Below, one piece after another: positions 60,411 to 64,000 of a DNA stretch of 64,000 nt. Under the pieces are notes generated by a model. That model ran no database searches. It was not told the origin of the DNA and saw only the letters and a program-made list of their open reading frames with translations. Position numbers and translations under genes: made by a program. Position 1 is the first letter of the stretch, and each line of letters begins with the position of its first letter. The stretch is from positions 270,244 to 334,243 of the forward strand of contig CAVVDJ010000006.1 of NCBI GenBank assembly GCA_963747025.1, in the 5' to 3' direction. Origin of the DNA: an uncultured beta proteobacterium. GTDB taxonomy: Bacteria; Pseudomonadota; Gammaproteobacteria; Burkholderiales; SHXO01.

Positions 60411-61067
60411 GTGGGCAAGCGCTTCGATCTGCTGGTGTTCGATTGGGACGGCACGGTGATGGACTCGGCCGCCCACATCGTCGCGTCTATTCAGGCTGCC
60501 GCGCGCGACCTTGACATCGAGTTCCCAACGGAGGAACGCGCGCGACACATCATAGGGCTCGGACTGGTCGATGCCCTGACCTATCTGTTCCCTTCGTTGC
60601 CACGCGCAGACTACCCGCGCCTGGCCGAACGCTACCGTTACCACTATCTCGCAGGCGACCATAAACTTTCGCTGTTCGCCGGTGCAGACCAGGGGATCCG
60701 GGCCATGCACGCCGCGGGCTTCAGTCTCGCGGTGGCGACCGGGAAAAGTCGGCAGGGTCTGGACCGCTCGCTCGAGGTTTCCGGGTTAGCGGTCTTATTC
60801 CATGCTTCGCGTTGCGCTGATGAAGGCCTACCCAAGCCTCACCCCGATATGCTGATATACCTGATGAAAGCGCTCGTGGTCGACCCGCGACGCACGCTGA
60901 TGATCGGCGACACCACGCACGATCTCGAAATGGCGCGCAGCGCTGGCGTTTCCGCCTTGGCGGTCGGATATGGTGCGCATCCGCCTGCGAGCCTGGAAGC
61001 ACAGGGGCCGCTTGCCTGTGTAATGTCTTTCGCCGAGCTGACGGGATGGGTCCGGCAAAACGCGTGA
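60411..61067 (+). CDS. HAD-superfamily hydrolase (phosphoglycolate-phosphatase-like)
   Basis: GTG 60411: ..LLVFDWDGTVMDS.. (motif I), ..VATGKSR.. (motif II region), ..MIGDTTHDLEMA.. (motif IV). Confidence 0.8.
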   Translation: MGKRFDLLVFDWDGTVMDSAAHIVASIQAAARDLDIEFPTEERARHIIGLGLVDALTYLFPSLPRADYPRLAERYRYHYLAGDHKLSLFAGADQGIRAMHAAGFSLAVATGKSRQGLDRSLEVSGLAVLFHASRCADEGLPKPHPDMLIYLMKALVVDPRRTLMIGDTTHDLEMARSAGVSALAVGYGAHPPASLEAQGPLACVMSFAELTGWVRQNA

Positions 61068-61396
61068 TCTGCGACAGCGCGCAGGTGCAGGACCGCGGCA
61101 AGGGCGTGCGCTTCGAGGTCGAGCGCCATGGCGAGACGCAGCCCGCCTTTCTCATCCGCTACGACGGCGTCGTGTATGCCTATCTCAACCGGTGCGCGCA
61201 CGTGTCGGTCGAGCTGGATTGGGCCGAGGGTGAGTTCTTCGACCTGACCGGTTTATACTTGATCTGTTCAACCCACGGCGCAACGTATCGGCCCGAAAGC
61301 GGCCGCTGCATCCGTGGCCCGTGCGACGGACGCGGCTTGGTTCGCTTGTCGGTGGAAGAGGATGCTGGGAAGGTCTATTTGATATCGGAACAGTGA
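61046..61396 (+). CDS. Rieske (2Fe-2S) domain protein
   Basis: 116 aa with ..NRCAHVSVELDW.. and ..ICSTHGATY.., giving the CxH ... CxxH ligand pattern. Confidence 0.8.
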   Translation: MGPAKRVICDSAQVQDRGKGVRFEVERHGETQPAFLIRYDGVVYAYLNRCAHVSVELDWAEGEFFDLTGLYLICSTHGATYRPESGRCIRGPCDGRGLVRLSVEEDAGKVYLISEQ

Positions 61397-61405
61397 GGCG
61401 CATTC

Positions 61406-62606
61406 ATGGCAGAGCCCGGAGCGGGTGGTGGCGAAAATTGGGAGCGTGGAGTCTTGGAACGACTTGTCCGGTCGGTCCTGGATGAGCAACGACGCGCGCG
61501 CCGCTGGAGCATTTTGTTCAAGTCGCTCGGCTTCCTCTACCTGTTCGTCGTGCTGTTTCTCGTGCTGGGCTGGTTCGGGGGCAAGGACAAGGGACTGCCA
61601 GGGCAAGCACACGGCGTTGGTCGAGGTCAACGGCGTGATCGCTGCCGACAGTCAAGCGAGCGCCGAGCGTGTCAATGCAGGATTGCAGGATGCGTTCAAG
61701 GACACGAAGACCGCTGGTGTCATCCTGCGTGTCAACAGTCCGGGTGGCAGCCCGGTGCAGGCAGGGCAGATCAACGGCGAGATGCGTCGCCTGCGGGGGC
61801 TTTACCCGAAGGTTCCGCTCTATGTCGTAGTGGAGGATATCTGCGCATCCGGCGGCTACTATGTTGCGGTGGCTGCAGACCAGATCTATGTGGACCAGGC
61901 CAGCATCGTCGGATCGATCGGGGTGCTGATGGACGGATTTGGTTTCACCGGCACCATGGAAAAGCTCGGTGTCGAACGGCGACTGCTTACCGCCGGCGAC
62001 AACAAGGGGTTTCTGGATCCGTTCTCTCCGATCAACCCAAAGCAAAGAGACTACGCTGAGAAGCTGCTGGCCGACGTCCATCGCCAGTTCATCGATGTGG
62101 TCAAGCAAGGGCGCGGCAAGCGCCTGAAGGAGACTCCGGAGCTGTTCAGCGGACTGTTCTGGACCGGACAGAGGAGCATCGAGCTCGGCCTCGCGGACGC
62201 GCTGGGCAGCGTCGACTATGTGGCCCGTGAGGTAATCAAGGCCGAGGACATCGTGGACTTCACGCCCCGCGAGAACCTGGCCGAGCGCTTCGCGCGCCGC
62301 TTCGGCGCCGCGACCGCCGAGGCGCTGGTGCGCCTGGGCGGTTCTCCCGCAGCTGCGCTGACTGGCGCTCGAACGCCTGCCTGCAACACGAAGACCGTCG
62401 GACGCCGGTTGAGGTCCGGCGTACCGGCTCTCCACGCCGCTATCGAGAGCGTGCGGATGCTCTCGGTGGGCAGTGTCAGTTCGGTGGCAAGACACAGGTG
62501 GGTGTCCGGATCGCATGTCTCCAGGAGCGCAGCCAATAGCTGGTTGTTGCGGTATGGCGCTTCGATGAACAGCTGGGCGCTCGCGTCGTTGCGCGAGCGC
62601 GCTTGA
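61406..62606 (+). pseudogene. S49-family peptidase (SppA 36K / SohB type), 2 or more frame slips; true stop probably near 62361
   Basis: MAEPGAGGGENWERGVLERLV..WSILFKSLGFLYLFVVLF is in the frame of 61406. After a slip near 61600 come ..ALVEVNGVIA.., ..VILRVNSPGGSPVQAG.., ..EDICASGGYYVA.. Homology fades near 62345, and a TGA in a third frame (62359-62361, ..QLR) may be the real end. The open frame runs to 62606, antisense to the next gene. Confidence 0.8.
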
Positions 62607-63085
62607 AGCTCTCGGATGCGCGCGGCTCGCGCAGTGGCGTCTACCGGCAGATACCCGTGCACGCAGAAGCTCTGACCGTTCAAGCCCGAGGCTGCCAGTG
62701 CCAGCAGCAACGAGCACGGGCCAACCAGCGGCACTACCGGTAACCCACGCCGATGCGCGAGCGCGACCAACTCAGCACCGGGGTCGGCAATCGCCGGATA
62801 ACCCGCTTCCGACAGCAATCCGACGCGCCCGCCGTTGAGGGCCGGTTCAAGCAACCTGGGCAATTCCCGAGCGTCGGTGTGTTCGTTGAGGACGTCGATA
62901 CGGACCGCGGCCAGTTGTCGGTCTAGCCCGACCCGCCGCAAGAACGCGCGCGCGCTTCTGGCTTCCTCCGCGATGAAGCTGTCCAGGCCGCGAATCGTCT
63001 TGATCACAGGCTCGGGCAGCACGTCGCCCGGCTCGCCTTCGCCGAGCGTCGACGGGACCAGAAACAAGGCGCCGCCGGCTGTCAT
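62216..63085 (-). CDS. SAM-dependent methyltransferase, tetrapyrrole-methylase (RsmI-like) fold
   Basis: ATG 63085: ..ALFLVPSTLGEG.., ..LLSEAGYPAIADPGAELV.., ..GPCSLLLALAASGLNGQSF.. Family-like sequence ends near ..RRPTVFVLQA (about 62377), but no stop occurs until 62216. Confidence 0.7.
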   Translation of the reverse strand: MTAGGALFLVPSTLGEGEPGDVLPEPVIKTIRGLDSFIAEEARSARAFLRRVGLDRQLAAVRIDVLNEHTDARELPRLLEPALNGGRVGLLSEAGYPAIADPGAELVALAHRRGLPVVPLVGPCSLLLALAASGLNGQSFCVHGYLPVDATARAARIRELQARSRNDASAQLFIEAPYRNNQLLAALLETCDPDTHLCLATELTLPTESIRTLSIAAWRAGTPDLNRRPTVFVLQAGVRAPVSAAAGEPPRRTSASAVAAPKRRAKRSARFSRGVKSTMSSALITSRAT

Positions 63086-63117
63086 CGGCTGCCCGGCTGC
63101 AGCGTCAGCCGCCACCG

Positions 63118-63691
63118 CTAGAGTGCGCTCAACCCTGCGTCGTTCAGCAGGGAAACCAGGGCGATCAGTGGCAATCCGATCAGCGCGGTGGGGTCGTCGC
63201 CCTGGATCTGCTCGAGCAGAGCGATGCCCAGCCCCTCGGATTTTGCGCTGCCCGCGCAATCGTACGGCTGCTCTCGGTCCAGATAGGCCGAGATCTGCGA
63301 TGACGTCAGACGTCGGAATCGGACTCGGGTCGGTACCACCCGCTGCTGCGCGCGGCCGGTTTGCGCTTGCAACACGCAGACCGCCGTATGGAACACGACC
63401 TCGCGGCCGCTGGCCCGCTCTCAGCTGCTCCTGTGCGCGCTCGCGACTCCCGGGTTTATCCAAACGCAAACCATCGAGCTCAGCCACCTGGTCGGATCCG
63501 ATGATCACAGCTGTCGGAAAGAAGGCAGCTGCGGAACGGGCCTTCGCTGCCGCCAGGCGCAGTGCGGTGAGCTCAGGCCGCTCTTCCGGCAACGGCGTCT
63601 CGTCAACGCGTGGGGCGAAGGTTTCGAACTCCAGGTGCAGCCGTGCCAGTAGTTCGCGGCGATACACGGACGTGGAAGCCAGAACCAGCAT
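63118..63691 (-). pseudogene. maf: Maf-like nucleoside triphosphate pyrophosphatase (YceF type), one frame slip near 63415
   Basis: MLVLASTSVYRRELLARL.. and ..IIGSDQV.. are followed after the slip by ..FHTAVCV.., ..[16 protein letters not shown].. (ORF 63118..63396). Confidence 0.85.
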
Positions 63692-63744
63692 TGTGAGTCG
63701 CGTGCCGCGCCCGCGAGGTTCCTGCGTTGCGTAGGCTTAACGTT

Positions 63745-63773
63745 TTGACAGAGCAATGAAAAAATCTTATCAT
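63745..63773 (+). promoter_or_regulatory. sigma70-type promoter in the maf / yceD divergent spacer
   Basis: TTGACA (63745-63750), a 17-nt spacer, then TATCAT (63768-63773). Confidence 0.4.
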
Positions 63774-64000
63774 GCCGCGTTTGTTTTCGGGCAGACCGGT
63801 GTGGGAAACGCCCGAAAAATGCGAGGCGATGGTCGTCGACGGAGCGGATACGGTGACTAGCGTCGAGGCGCGGGCTATCGACCCGGCGCGTTTTGCGCGC
63901 GAGAGGTCGCGGGTGACTGGGGTGCTGGCCGTTGCCCAGTTGCCGCGACTTGCCGATCTTCTATTCGGCCGCGAAGGCGTGGTGAGCTACGTAGTGGAAG
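63772..64000 (+). CDS. yceD: YceD/DUF177-family protein, 5' part (runs off the window end)
   Basis: The frame is open to the window edge. ..AIDPARFARERSRVTGVLAVAQLPRLADLLFGREGVVSYVVE resembles the YceD N-terminal region, and the position divergent from maf is conserved. ATG 63772 lies inside the predicted -10, so ATG 63829 is the likelier start. Confidence 0.55.
   Translation, partial: MPRLFSGRPVWETPEKCEAMVVDGADTVTSVEARAIDPARFARERSRVTGVLAVAQLPRLADLLFGREGVVSYVVE

Overview
This is a core chromosomal segment of a high-GC proteobacterium. The gene order (mdh / gntR / sdhCDAB-sdhE / gltA / sucAB-lpd / zapE, smc-zipA-ligA, and rne / rluC / HAD / Rieske / S49 peptidase / methyltransferase / maf / yceD) is what I associate with Betaproteobacteria, and less surely Gammaproteobacteria. 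The window contains:
- methylcitrate-cycle genes prpBCD, malate dehydrogenase and a GntR regulator
- succinate dehydrogenase, citrate synthase and 2-oxoglutarate dehydrogenase
- acuI-prpE, hupB, tRNA-Ser, acs, class I fumarase and SRP RNA
- dnaX-ybaB-recR, rluB and prmB
- dapE/dapD/dapC with an orphan pilU, then queF
- smc-zipA-ligA, galU, purine/MTA salvage genes and def
- glnD-map, tRNA-Asn, an aminotransferase and uvrB
- a Crp-family regulator with an orphan ORF, an LMW phosphatase, rne, rluC and the maf/yceD neighbourhood

I see no mobile element, CRISPR array, defence island or biosynthetic cluster, and I did not find a convincing new multi-gene system. Four things are worth a second look:
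1. About 60 frame slips break about 25 otherwise well-conserved, partly essential genes. They are clustered in blocks and are most likely consensus indel errors. This must be checked before any biology is inferred.
2. A family of strictly 7-nt-phased inverted-repeat elements (CGTGNNN / CACGNNN) occupies four intergenic spacers.
3. The tRNA-Ser locus is rearranged. It has an exact 5'-half copy broken at the anticodon, a 3'-end direct repeat, two T-arm-bearing structured units and a possible sRNA.
4. A 111-bp tandem repeat reiterates the smc stop region in front of zipA.

Most long antisense ORFs in the supplied track are GC-composition artefacts. All family assignments come from motif recognition by eye. 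No searches were run.
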